NCBI GenBank assembly: GCA_965197655.1
Contig: OZ240220.1
Location: 804,412 to 868,411, forward strand
Direction: 5' to 3'
From: Dehalococcoidia bacterium
GTDB taxonomy: Bacteria > Chloroflexota > Dehalococcoidia > Lucifugimonadales > UBA3495
DNA: 64,000 nt
The position numbers and the translations under genes were made by a program. Below are positions 56,428-64,000 of the stretch, one piece after another; position 1 is the first letter of the stretch, and each line of letters starts with the position of its first letter. The notes under the pieces are model-generated. The model ran no database searches. It was not told the DNA's origin and was given only the letters and a program-made list of their open reading frames with translations.

Positions 56428-57353
56428 GAGTCCAACCTCCGGTAGTTCCCATCATAATCAGTATCGTATTGAATCAGTAATTGACGGATAGCTTTTTCCT
56501 CGTCCGCGCCAATTCCTGCCTGGACGGCCAATGGCAGCGATGCAGCGGTCAGTGAAAGGTAAACGCCGGTCAATTCCGGGGCGCTCCGGGCAATCGCTTC
56601 AAAGTGGCTGTGGATAGTATCAACGTCGCCGCGAACCACCGGCCCGGTAACGCTGCCGGCAAATCCAGACCGGGCCACATTTTCCAGCGCGGCGCGGGAT
56701 AGAGGGAGCAGGGCGTTCAGGGCCTGTTCTTCGCTGAAACCTGCTGCTTGCCAGAGCCGCACCGCCCCTTGTAGCAGGGCGGCCAGGTAGCCGCAACTCA
56801 ACACCGCCGAGGCATGATACAGGGGCCGGTCGGCGTCGCCGATTTGGACCGGTACGCCGCCGAGACGCTGGGCCGTTGCTACGAGAAACCGGCCCAATTC
56901 TCCCGAGGCGGATATGGCGAAAGTGACACCGGCCAGCCGAGCCACCGTATCGGCGGGGTCGGCCAAGCCGGCGAAGGTCTGTAAAGGGTGAAAGGCCCCG
57001 GTGCTGGCTCCCTGCTCCGCTGCCGGCTGCAAAATACCCCGTCCGACCGCTCCGCAGCAGTGGACAACCGCTTGGCAGGGACGCCACCTTACCGCCGCCG
57101 CCACCGAGCCAATCACCGAATCGGGGGTGGTTATAAACACCAGATCCGTGCCGTCAGCCAAATCCTGCGGGGACTCCAGCGCACGGCAACCCGGAATCCT
57201 CTCGGCTAAACCTTGGGCCGATTCAGGGCGACGGCTGGCGGCGGCGGCGACGTTATAGCCCTGCTCGGCCAAAGCCAAGGACAGGCCGTTACCCAGGACG
57301 CCGGCTCCGATGAACCCGATACGGGTTGTATTGCTGTCCATCTCACAACTCAT
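56415..57353 (-). CDS. Rossmann-fold plus DUF2520 domain protein (possible PanG-type ketopantoate reductase)
   Basis: IGFIGAGVLGNGLSLALAEQGYNV Rossmann motif. It overlaps panB by 13 nt. The PanG analogy is from memory of the COG5495/DUF2520 literature. Confidence 0.7.
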   Translation of the reverse strand: MSCEMDSNTTRIGFIGAGVLGNGLSLALAEQGYNVAAAASRRPESAQGLAERIPGCRALESPQDLADGTDLVFITTPDSVIGSVAAAVRWRPCQAVVHCCGAVGRGILQPAAEQGASTGAFHPLQTFAGLADPADTVARLAGVTFAISASGELGRFLVATAQRLGGVPVQIGDADRPLYHASAVLSCGYLAALLQGAVRLWQAAGFSEEQALNALLPLSRAALENVARSGFAGSVTGPVVRGDVDTIHSHFEAIARSAPELTGVYLSLTAASLPLAVQAGIGADEEKAIRQLLIQYDTDYDGNYRRLDSCPE

Positions 57354-58317
57354 TGATGGCGGGGATGCCTCCCAACCCGGTGGCGGTGGTCACGGCGCGC
57401 AAAATAGCTTGCGCAGTAACCTCTACTACCGCTGCTCCCAGGGCGGTGATGTCTTCCGGTCCGGTACGCTGTCCGGTGGCCAAGGCAAACATTGTATCGC
57501 CGTCCCGGAGAGTGTGGCAGGGCCGTATCGCCAGGGCCAGCCCATCGTGGCTGATACGAGCCAGCCAGTTGGCTTCCTCGCGGGTTAGGGTGGCGTCCGT
57601 CGCTACCACTCCGATGGTGGTGTTGCTCAAGGGAGGGGCTGCCGGCTCCGGGGTCTTGGGTTCTCCCCGGGTCAACAACTCCACCGCGTTGATGAATCCC
57701 GGTTCCGATTCCCGCCGGGCGCCGGCGATTAACCGGCCGGTGCGGTAGTCAACCACGTCTCCGACGGCATTCACGGCGGTCAGGGCGGATACCGTGGCTC
57801 CGCCGGGCAGGGTCAATGCCGCGCAGCCGATACCGGCCTTGACCGACCGTTCTATGCCGAGGATTTTTCCTACCGTAGCGCCGGTTCCGGCTCCTATGCT
57901 GCCTTCGCTGACCGGGTCAGGCCTGGCAGCTACGGCGGCGGCATAGCCATCAGCAGCGCCGGGTCGTACTTTGTCGGTTATCAAGCCCAGGTCGAACAGG
58001 ATGGCCGACGCCACTATCGGCACAATCGCCGGGCCTACCCTGACGCCAATGCCTTGCTCTTCCAGATACCGCATTGCCCCGGAGGCGGCGTCCAGCCCAA
58101 AGGCGCTGCCCCCACTAAGGACAATGCCGTGAACCCGGTCAACGCGGTGCATGGGCCGGAGCAGGTCAGTCTCCCGGGTGCCGGGGGAGCCGCCGCGCAC
58201 GTCAACGCCTCCGACGGCCCCTTGACGGCAGAGGACGGCGGTGCAGCCGGTGGCATTATCTTGGTCGGTGTAGTGGCCTACTTCCAGTCCGGCCACTGCG
58301 GTAAGGGTGGCGTTCAA
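57343..58317 (-). CDS. P1/S58 (DmpA-type) aminopeptidase family protein
   Basis: VAGLEVGHYTDQDNATGCTAVLC and GGSPGTRETDLL motifs. Confidence 0.85.
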   Translation of the reverse strand: MNATLTAVAGLEVGHYTDQDNATGCTAVLCRQGAVGGVDVRGGSPGTRETDLLRPMHRVDRVHGIVLSGGSAFGLDAASGAMRYLEEQGIGVRVGPAIVPIVASAILFDLGLITDKVRPGAADGYAAAVAARPDPVSEGSIGAGTGATVGKILGIERSVKAGIGCAALTLPGGATVSALTAVNAVGDVVDYRTGRLIAGARRESEPGFINAVELLTRGEPKTPEPAAPPLSNTTIGVVATDATLTREEANWLARISHDGLALAIRPCHTLRDGDTMFALATGQRTGPEDITALGAAVVEVTAQAILRAVTTATGLGGIPAINEL

Positions 58318-58603
58318 GCAGCTTTATCCTCCAGGTGAAAGGCAGGCGTCCCTGCTGTGTCGTGGTACCAGGCAAAAATAAGGCCACGCCAAACTGTGGC
58401 GCAGCCGTTGAAGCCTTCGCGAAAAGGGAACCTTTCGATTTTGGCCGTCTCGGTCAGCATCGGATCCCAGCGGCCCGCCACAAATGGAAACTGTCGTCGC
58501 TAACCCCCCTTGTGGGTGGATTGCAAGGGGAGTTTAAGTTAGGTCAAGGGGAGTGTCAAGTTGGGCCGGCTATTGCAGTTGTCCTCCGCGCCGTCGCTGG
58601 GTA

Positions 58604-58737
58604 TTTTAGTTGTCATTCTGAGCGGAGCGAAGAATCCTAACTCTTGCCGCTAGAACCGCCGCTGGCGCTGAGTGTATGGTCGGGGAATGAGGATTTTGGA
58701 TTCTTCGTCGCTCCGCTCCTCAGAATGACAACTAAAG
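58604..58737. repeat. PAL-2 element
   Basis: TATTTTAGTTGTCATTCTGAGCGGAGCGAAGAATCC ... GGATTCTTCGTCGCTCCGCTCCTCAGAATGACAACTAAAGG. Confidence 0.85.
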
Positions 58738-58774
58738 GACCCTGCACTCTGTTGCTGAGATACAATAGGGATAG

Positions 58775-60034
58775 TCACAGCATATTTGGAGTCGATTCGA
58801 CGGATTCATCGGCCTGAATCAGCTCCTCGGCGTAGCGAATTATCTTGTCGCGTCGCTGCGGTTCAGCCTCCCGGCTTTCCAGGTAAAGCCGCAGCGCCTG
58901 CATTGGCTGCAAATCGTCTGCCGAATCGCGATCTAACCGAGTGCGACGCGGGCCGTCTAGCTCCAGACTAACGGCGGCGATGTAGTGGGCTGGCTGCAAG
59001 GCTTCCCGGATTTCGCCCTCCCGGAGCGGGGTGGACACTGCCGCCGGCGCCCGAACCCGAACCCGCACCACGGCGTCGGCAATATCGCGGCGGGAAATGG
59101 CCCGCAGGACGGCAGCGGTGGGGTCCGGCTCACCCGGCGGGACTTGAACATCAATGGTTACAAAGGGGCGGGCTTGCACCGGCTGGAAACGAAAGTCCAC
59201 CAGCCGCTGTCCCTGAGGAGCTTCGGTGTCCAGGTCAATTACGCAAAATCCCTTATCGTCCCCCTCCTCGGAAAAATCCACTCGCTGCAAGCTGCCGGAG
59301 TAAACCACCATTGGCGGTTCCCGGCGTAGAACCTGGTGCTTGTGGATGTGGCCCAAGGCAACGTATTCCAGTTCCGGGCGGTGAACGGCGCTGACCAGCA
59401 GTACATGGTCGTTGCCTAGCATCATGGAGCGTTCGGTACCCACGGTCGAGCCGTTGATGGTAACGTGGCCGGAAAGGATGGCCGGAATGTCAGGGTCTAA
59501 GGCATCCACCCGGGCCTGAATGCCAATGGTCATAACCTCTTCTATTCTTTGGCGGACCTCTTCGATGGTCAGCCCTCGAGATTCCTCGCGGGTCAATATC
59601 CCGCCCCGCCTGGGCCAGGGAACGGCTACAACCTGAAGAGGGCCGGCCGGCGTGCTTATGTTGTAAGTCTGTAAATTGTCGCCGATGTGAACATTCGGCA
59701 CCTGAAGCGTGGGGAAAATCTCCACGGCGTTGGCGCGGCTGCTGGCGTTAGGCAGGTCGTGATTGCCCACCAGCAGAAACACCGGGACTCCCGCCGAGGA
59801 CAGCGTGTGCAGCCGCCTGGCAAACTCCCGCTGGTGGGTCTGGGAAGGGTCGCGGCCCTTGTAGGCGTCGCCGGCCAGCAGCACCAGGTCCACCTGCTCG
59901 TTCAGGGCAAACTCCACGACTTCATCCAGCGAACCCAGAAAGTCCCCCAAGCGGGTGGAAAGTCCGGTTGCCGGGTCAATCCGGCCATAGTTTTCCACGC
60001 CGATATGCAGGTCGGAGAAATGGAGGATACGCAT
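58775..60034 (-). CDS. sbcD: SbcD/Mre11-type metallophosphoesterase nuclease
   Basis: MRILHFSDLHIG, LLAGDAYK, GNHD and GHIH motifs. No sbcC lies adjacent. Confidence 0.8.
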   Translation of the reverse strand: MRILHFSDLHIGVENYGRIDPATGLSTRLGDFLGSLDEVVEFALNEQVDLVLLAGDAYKGRDPSQTHQREFARRLHTLSSAGVPVFLLVGNHDLPNASSRANAVEIFPTLQVPNVHIGDNLQTYNISTPAGPLQVVAVPWPRRGGILTREESRGLTIEEVRQRIEEVMTIGIQARVDALDPDIPAILSGHVTINGSTVGTERSMMLGNDHVLLVSAVHRPELEYVALGHIHKHQVLRREPPMVVYSGSLQRVDFSEEGDDKGFCVIDLDTEAPQGQRLVDFRFQPVQARPFVTIDVQVPPGEPDPTAAVLRAISRRDIADAVVRVRVRAPAAVSTPLREGEIREALQPAHYIAAVSLELDGPRRTRLDRDSADDLQPMQALRLYLESREAEPQRRDKIIRYAEELIQADESVESTPNML

Positions 60035-60275
60035 GACTTACCTCATACTGCTTGGGCCGGTTACTCCAACCGGAGACTTGACGGCAAGTATAGCAGAAGA
60101 ACGGGAGAGCTTTCCGGCGGAATGCTCCGGTGAGATTTATCCTAATCCCCGACAACTATCTGATTCATTGATTGAAGTTATAGTTGACATTGACAATATG
60201 CGGTCAAGGTCAATAGAATCACTGTGTCCAAATAACTATTGTCAGGACAATCATTTAAGCTATTCAGGCGGCTAG

Positions 60276-60977
60276 ATGACCACAGTAAAACAACTGTATT
60301 CTCTTCAGGAGCTAGACCTCGACTTGGATGGTGTTAATCACCGGATAGCCGAGGCAGAGAAGGAATTGGAAACCCGCTTGTCATTGGGCCAGCTTGAGGA
60401 ATCTCTGGAGCAGGCCAGGGTCCGGCTGCAGGAAATCCAGAGTGCGCATCGGAACCTGCAATTGGATACGGAACGCCAGCGGGAACGCTCGGCCCTTTTA
60501 GACACGCAGCTGTACGGCGGCGACCTTGCCAATCCGAGGGATTTGGAAGCGTTGCAGTTGGAAGCCAGCAATGTCCAGCATCAAGTGGAGCAGCAGGATG
60601 TTAAGCTCCTGGAGCTTTCCCTGCAATCGGAGGATACCCGAGCCACGATAGCGAGGCTGGAGCAGGAACTGACGGATAGGCAGTCGGTCTGGGAAGCGCG
60701 TCAAGCTGAGCTATGGGAACAGTTAGAGGAATTGACCGACCGGCAGGAAGCCTTGATGAAAGACCGGGCCGCGCTGGCTGCCGGGGTTGACGCTATTGAA
60801 CTGACCCGCTATGAGGGCCTGCGTAGGAACAAGGGCGGGCAGGCGGTAGCCCGGGTGGTGCGGGGCCTGTGCCAGGCCTGTCGAATGTCTCTGCCGACCC
60901 AACACCTGCAACGGGTAAGGGCCGGTCGCCAAACCGTTCTTTGCAACAGTTGCGGTCGGATGTTACTGCCCGGCTAG
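60276..60977 (+). CDS. coiled-coil plus C4 zinc-ribbon protein (DUF164/COG1579-like)
   Basis: A long coiled coil followed by CQACRMSLP ... CNSCGRML. Confidence 0.75.
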   Translation: MTTVKQLYSLQELDLDLDGVNHRIAEAEKELETRLSLGQLEESLEQARVRLQEIQSAHRNLQLDTERQRERSALLDTQLYGGDLANPRDLEALQLEASNVQHQVEQQDVKLLELSLQSEDTRATIARLEQELTDRQSVWEARQAELWEQLEELTDRQEALMKDRAALAAGVDAIELTRYEGLRRNKGGQAVARVVRGLCQACRMSLPTQHLQRVRAGRQTVLCNSCGRMLLPG

Positions 60978-61561
60978 GAAGCCGGCGCTCTCCTTTGACT
61001 TTTGGCCGGTTCTTTACATCACCTGGCGCCCACTACCGGAGCGCTTTCCTCTCAACCCGGACATCAACCCGCGATTGCCCGGTTCTGCCAATGCCTGCCG
61101 ATTTGTGATTCTACCGGCTGACCAGGGGCCGGTTAAAGAGGCGTCGGCAGGACGCGTTTTGGCACGCCCCGCCGTTCCTACCGGGGATAGTTGTTCCCGG
61201 GCCAAGGTCGGCCCGTTGACGGGTTTGCCAGGGCCGCAGCGTCCGACCTACCGGGTACTTGCCGGTGAGGTGCGTCTTGGGGTTGGGGAGGCAATCCCCC
61301 GACCTTATCCCGTCCGTCGAACCGCTTTTCGCCGGCTGCTTGGCCGGGTAGTGGTTTCAAGATTTCCGGCCTTGGGCCGGGAGGCTCTTGAGGGCCTGGA
61401 ACCTGGGAAAGGGGTTGCCACTTCGAAGTGGGCCTAACCTTGCCTTGGGGTAGGGTATGCCGGTAATCCTGCTTCCAGGGTTGATATGCGACGGCCATCT
61501 GCATATTTTCAGACTAGAGACGGGTCAAGCAGTATGTCAATAGGGTGTGGGACATAAATCA

Positions 61562-61692
61562 GGGCTATTGCATTTGGATTGGAGGCTATCCGTCGTTCCT
61601 GCGGAGGCAGGAACCTAAAACGTTGAGGACAGAGGTTCCTGCTTTCGCAGGAACGACGGGAAAAGGGCCTATATCGTCACGTGCGATTGCGC
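61562..61692. repeat. PAL-1 element, GGGCTATTGCA module
   Basis: GGGCTATTGCATTTGGATTGGAGGCTATCCGTCG ... TCGTCACGTGCGATTGCGC. Confidence 0.85.
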
Positions 61693-61808
61693 TGGGACAT
61701 AGATTTTAATTTGGGGCGGGTTGGCGGGATGAAGGGTTAAGACGGCATTGACCTGGGAGAGTTTCAGGGTCTTTTGATAGCCACCGTCGAGTAACAGTTC
61801 AGAGTTGA

Positions 61809-61935
61809 GGGGATTCGCCAGGGTAAGAAATCCCGTCGTTCCTGCGCAAGCAGGAACCTTGCTAACCGCAATTCGAGGTTCCTGCCGGCGCAGGAACGAC
61901 GGAAAAAGAGAAGCTGCCATCACGTGCGATTGCCC
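61809..61935. repeat. PAL-1 element (left outer arm degraded)
   Basis: The core is 61834..61903. The right arm is GCCATCACGTGCGATTGCCC. Confidence 0.8.
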
Positions 61936-61990
61936 TATGGGTAGCCTCTCCTTCCTTGACCCTCCCAGGGGGGTATGCTAGAGTGCGGTT

Positions 61991-62516
61991 GGAGAGGCCA
62001 GGTAAAACCGGGTGACCGCCGCAGTGAGGGTTACCTTGCTGGGGAGGAAAGTCCGGGCTCCACCGGACAGGGTGCTGGGTAACGCCCAGGCTCCTGTGAC
62101 AGCTTTACCGCTGTTCCAGGGGACGGATAGTGGCACAGAAACATACCGCCTCCGGGCTATTTCGCGGAGTTGTGGTTCCTCGGAATTGCGACTTCAGGGA
62201 AAGCCGGCGGCAAGGTTGAAATCGGACGGTAAGAGCGTCCGGTCGCTTGTGGTGACACAGCGACGGCTAAACCCCACCTGGAGCAAGGCCGAATAGAGGG
62301 ACTAGGGGCGTCCGGCTCGTCCCCGGGTTGGCTGCTTGACCCCGATGGCAACGTCGTCCGGCGTAGCGCTTGCTATTTCGGACTGCGGGAATTGTCCGCG
62401 GACATTCCTGTGAGGGGCTAGATAGATGGTCACCGCCCGCCGCGCCTCAGTAATTTTTACGCGAGGCCAGTCGGTGGGATACAGAACCCGGCTTACAGGT
62501 TTTCCCGGTTCTCTCC
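61991..62516 (+). ncRNA. rnpB: RNase P RNA, bacterial type A (long variant)
   Basis: Conserved blocks GGAGGAAAGTCCGGGCTCC, ACAGAAACATACCGCC, GGTAAGAGCG, AAACCCCACCTGGAGCAAGGCC, GATAGATGGTCACC and ACAGAACCCGGCTTA. The 5' GGAGAG pairs with the 3' CTCTCC. The ends are approximate. Confidence 0.88.
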
Positions 62517-62630
62517 ACTTCCTTAACACCCAGGGCTTCCGCTTGCGCCGGCTTGGAAGGTGGAGATTGGGGTAGTATAAATCATTACCCAGGCAAGCTA
62601 TTCGTCGTTTGGCGATAATCAGGAGAGGGC

Positions 62631-63404
62631 ATGGTTCGAACCAACAAAACCAAAGCGAAAATTGCCGAGGGACAGGTAGCCATCGGCGCCAGTATCAACT
62701 TTTACGCGCCGGGGCTGGTGGAATTGTACGGCGTAATGGGATTCGATTGGGTCTGGATTGACTGCGAGCACGGCTCCTCCAACGATTCCGAGACGGAAAA
62801 CATGGTGCGGGCCGCCGAGCTTTACGACCTGTCGCCCATTGTGCGGATTCCCAATGCCTATCCCTCTACTATTTTGCGTTTTCTCGACCGGGGCGCCCAG
62901 GGTCTTATCGTGCCGCATATATCCACCCGGGAGGAGGCCGAGGGGGTGGCCCGCGCGTCCCACCACTACCCGGAAGGCGACCGCAGCAGCGCCACCGGAG
63001 GCCGCACCAACCGGTTTGGCGCCGGACTTTCTACGCCGGAATACTACGCCGCCGCCAACCGGGAAGTTCTGGTTATCGTGATGATTGAAACGCCGGAAGC
63101 GGTGGAAAACGTCCCGGAGATTGCCGCCGTTCCCGGTGTTGACGCTCTCCTGGTAGGCAGCAGCGACCTTACCCAGACAATGGGCATGGCCAGCCCCGCC
63201 GAGTTGGACGCGGCCATTGACCGGGTGATTGAGGGGACCAAGGCGGCGGGCAAGGCTGTGGGGGTAGCCAGTGCGGGAATGACCCTGGGCAATGTTGAGC
63301 GGTTCCGGCACTTTGCCGGCCGCGGGGTCCAGCTTCTTTCGGTAGGCGCCCAGGATATGATTCGCAGCGGCGGCGACGGGTTTCTGAAGGCTATGCGGAG
63401 CTAA
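62631..63404 (+). CDS. HpcH/HpaI aldolase family protein
   Basis: GFDWVWIDCEHGS, VRIPN and a MIETPEAVENVPEIAAVPGVDALLVGSSDL pattern. Confidence 0.85.
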   Translation: MVRTNKTKAKIAEGQVAIGASINFYAPGLVELYGVMGFDWVWIDCEHGSSNDSETENMVRAAELYDLSPIVRIPNAYPSTILRFLDRGAQGLIVPHISTREEAEGVARASHHYPEGDRSSATGGRTNRFGAGLSTPEYYAAANREVLVIVMIETPEAVENVPEIAAVPGVDALLVGSSDLTQTMGMASPAELDAAIDRVIEGTKAAGKAVGVASAGMTLGNVERFRHFAGRGVQLLSVGAQDMIRSGGDGFLKAMRS

Positions 63405-63447
63405 CGGATGGGGTTCGTGTTGGGGTGGTTGCCGGGTTATTGTATTG

Positions 63448-63572
63448 GGATAGCGGGCTATCGCTATCCGTCGTTCCTGCGGAGGCAGGAACCTCTGTCC
63501 GCAAGGTTTTAGGTCCCTGCCTGCGCAGGAACGACGCGAAAGGGACGACTGCCGTCAGGTGGGATAGCTCCG
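63448..63572. repeat. PAL-1 element, GGGCTATCGC module
   Basis: The core is 63468..63537. It lies downstream of the aldolase gene. Confidence 0.8.
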
Positions 63573-63738
63573 GGGGCGGTTGATGAATCCAGCCCCAAAC
63601 GCTATTATGGTGACGTAAGGTCGCTGGTGTGATTTTCCTTTCACCCAGCGAATTTCATAGCTGAAGAGAGGGCTGTCCTGGCCGCTGCCTGGCCGCCCGC
63701 CGTCCCGGTCAAAAACTTTGGAGGCAATCACCTGCCGG

Positions 63739-64000
63739 ATGTACCTGGACTTGCACAGCCATTCCGTTTCCTCCGACGACTCCCGCGCCACTGTGGAGCA
63801 GTACGTCAAGTTTATTCAAGTGTGGCGCAAGCGAGGGTACACGGTGGACGGAATTGTCCTCACCGAGCATCGCAAGTTCGACTTTGACAAGGACTATTCC
63901 CAGTTGGCAGCGGAGTATGATGTCCTGATCCTCAAAGGGTCGGAATTGGACACCCGGTACGGCCACTTCCTGGTCTATGGCGTCACCCAGGCCCTGACCA
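63739..64000 (+). CDS. PHP-domain metal-dependent phosphoesterase (3' end outside window)
   Basis: MYLDLHSHSVSSDDS... is a typical PHP N-terminus, and the frame is open to the window end. Confidence 0.55.
   Translation, partial: MYLDLHSHSVSSDDSRATVEQYVKFIQVWRKRGYTVDGIVLTEHRKFDFDKDYSQLAAEYDVLILKGSELDTRYGHFLVYGVTQALT

Noticed and set aside
61190-61260. SRP (4.5S) RNA or tmRNA in the ORF-free region before rnpB
   Set aside because: The conserved SRP domain IV sequence (GGAAGCAGCC context) and the tmRNA 5' end and tag-ORF features are absent.
62012-62529. ORFs 62012..62296, 62157..62351 and 62302..62529
   Set aside because: They lie entirely within the RNase P RNA.
8972-63572. PAL-1 repeats as a CRISPR array
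   Set aside because: The copies are inverted-repeat pairs scattered kilobases apart between genes, not regularly spaced direct repeats with unique spacers. There is no leader and there are no cas genes.

Overview
High-GC (about 60-65%) bacterial chromosomal segment. It is densely packed with oxidoreductase, hydrolase and transporter genes and is littered with intergenic palindromic repeats. The gene content and repeat types look Chloroflexota-like (possibly SAR202/Dehalococcoidia-type), but that is only an impression and cannot be confirmed without searches. I call about 60 protein genes, one tRNA-Ala(UGC), an RNase P RNA, three decayed genes and more than 30 repeat elements. The protein genes include four luciferase-like monooxygenase paralogs, SDRs, a GMC oxidoreductase, a thiolase, a gamma-glutamyltransferase, an amidase, VOC proteins, MFS and ABC components, pyrF and panB. 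Most interesting observations: (1) Two genes contain an in-frame TGA exactly where homologous families carry a redox Cys. One is an OsmC-like di-domain protein and the other a GrdB-like 'UGSC' protein, so this organism probably uses selenocysteine. (2) A roughly 2-kb low-GC islet sits between an intact tRNA-Ala and a 58-bp duplicate of its 3' end. It carries an overlapping two-gene cassette (a 315-aa soluble protein plus a 4-TM protein) of unknown function, a candidate defence or abortive-infection module. (3) A non-canonical tubulin/FtsZ-superfamily GTPase is paired with a single-pass, proline-rich membrane protein. (4) A modular family of nested palindromic elements has 16 copies plus 1 variant in 64 kb. 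Family assignments come from motif recognition by eye; no database search was run. Start codons are inferred from RBS-like purine tracts and are approximate.
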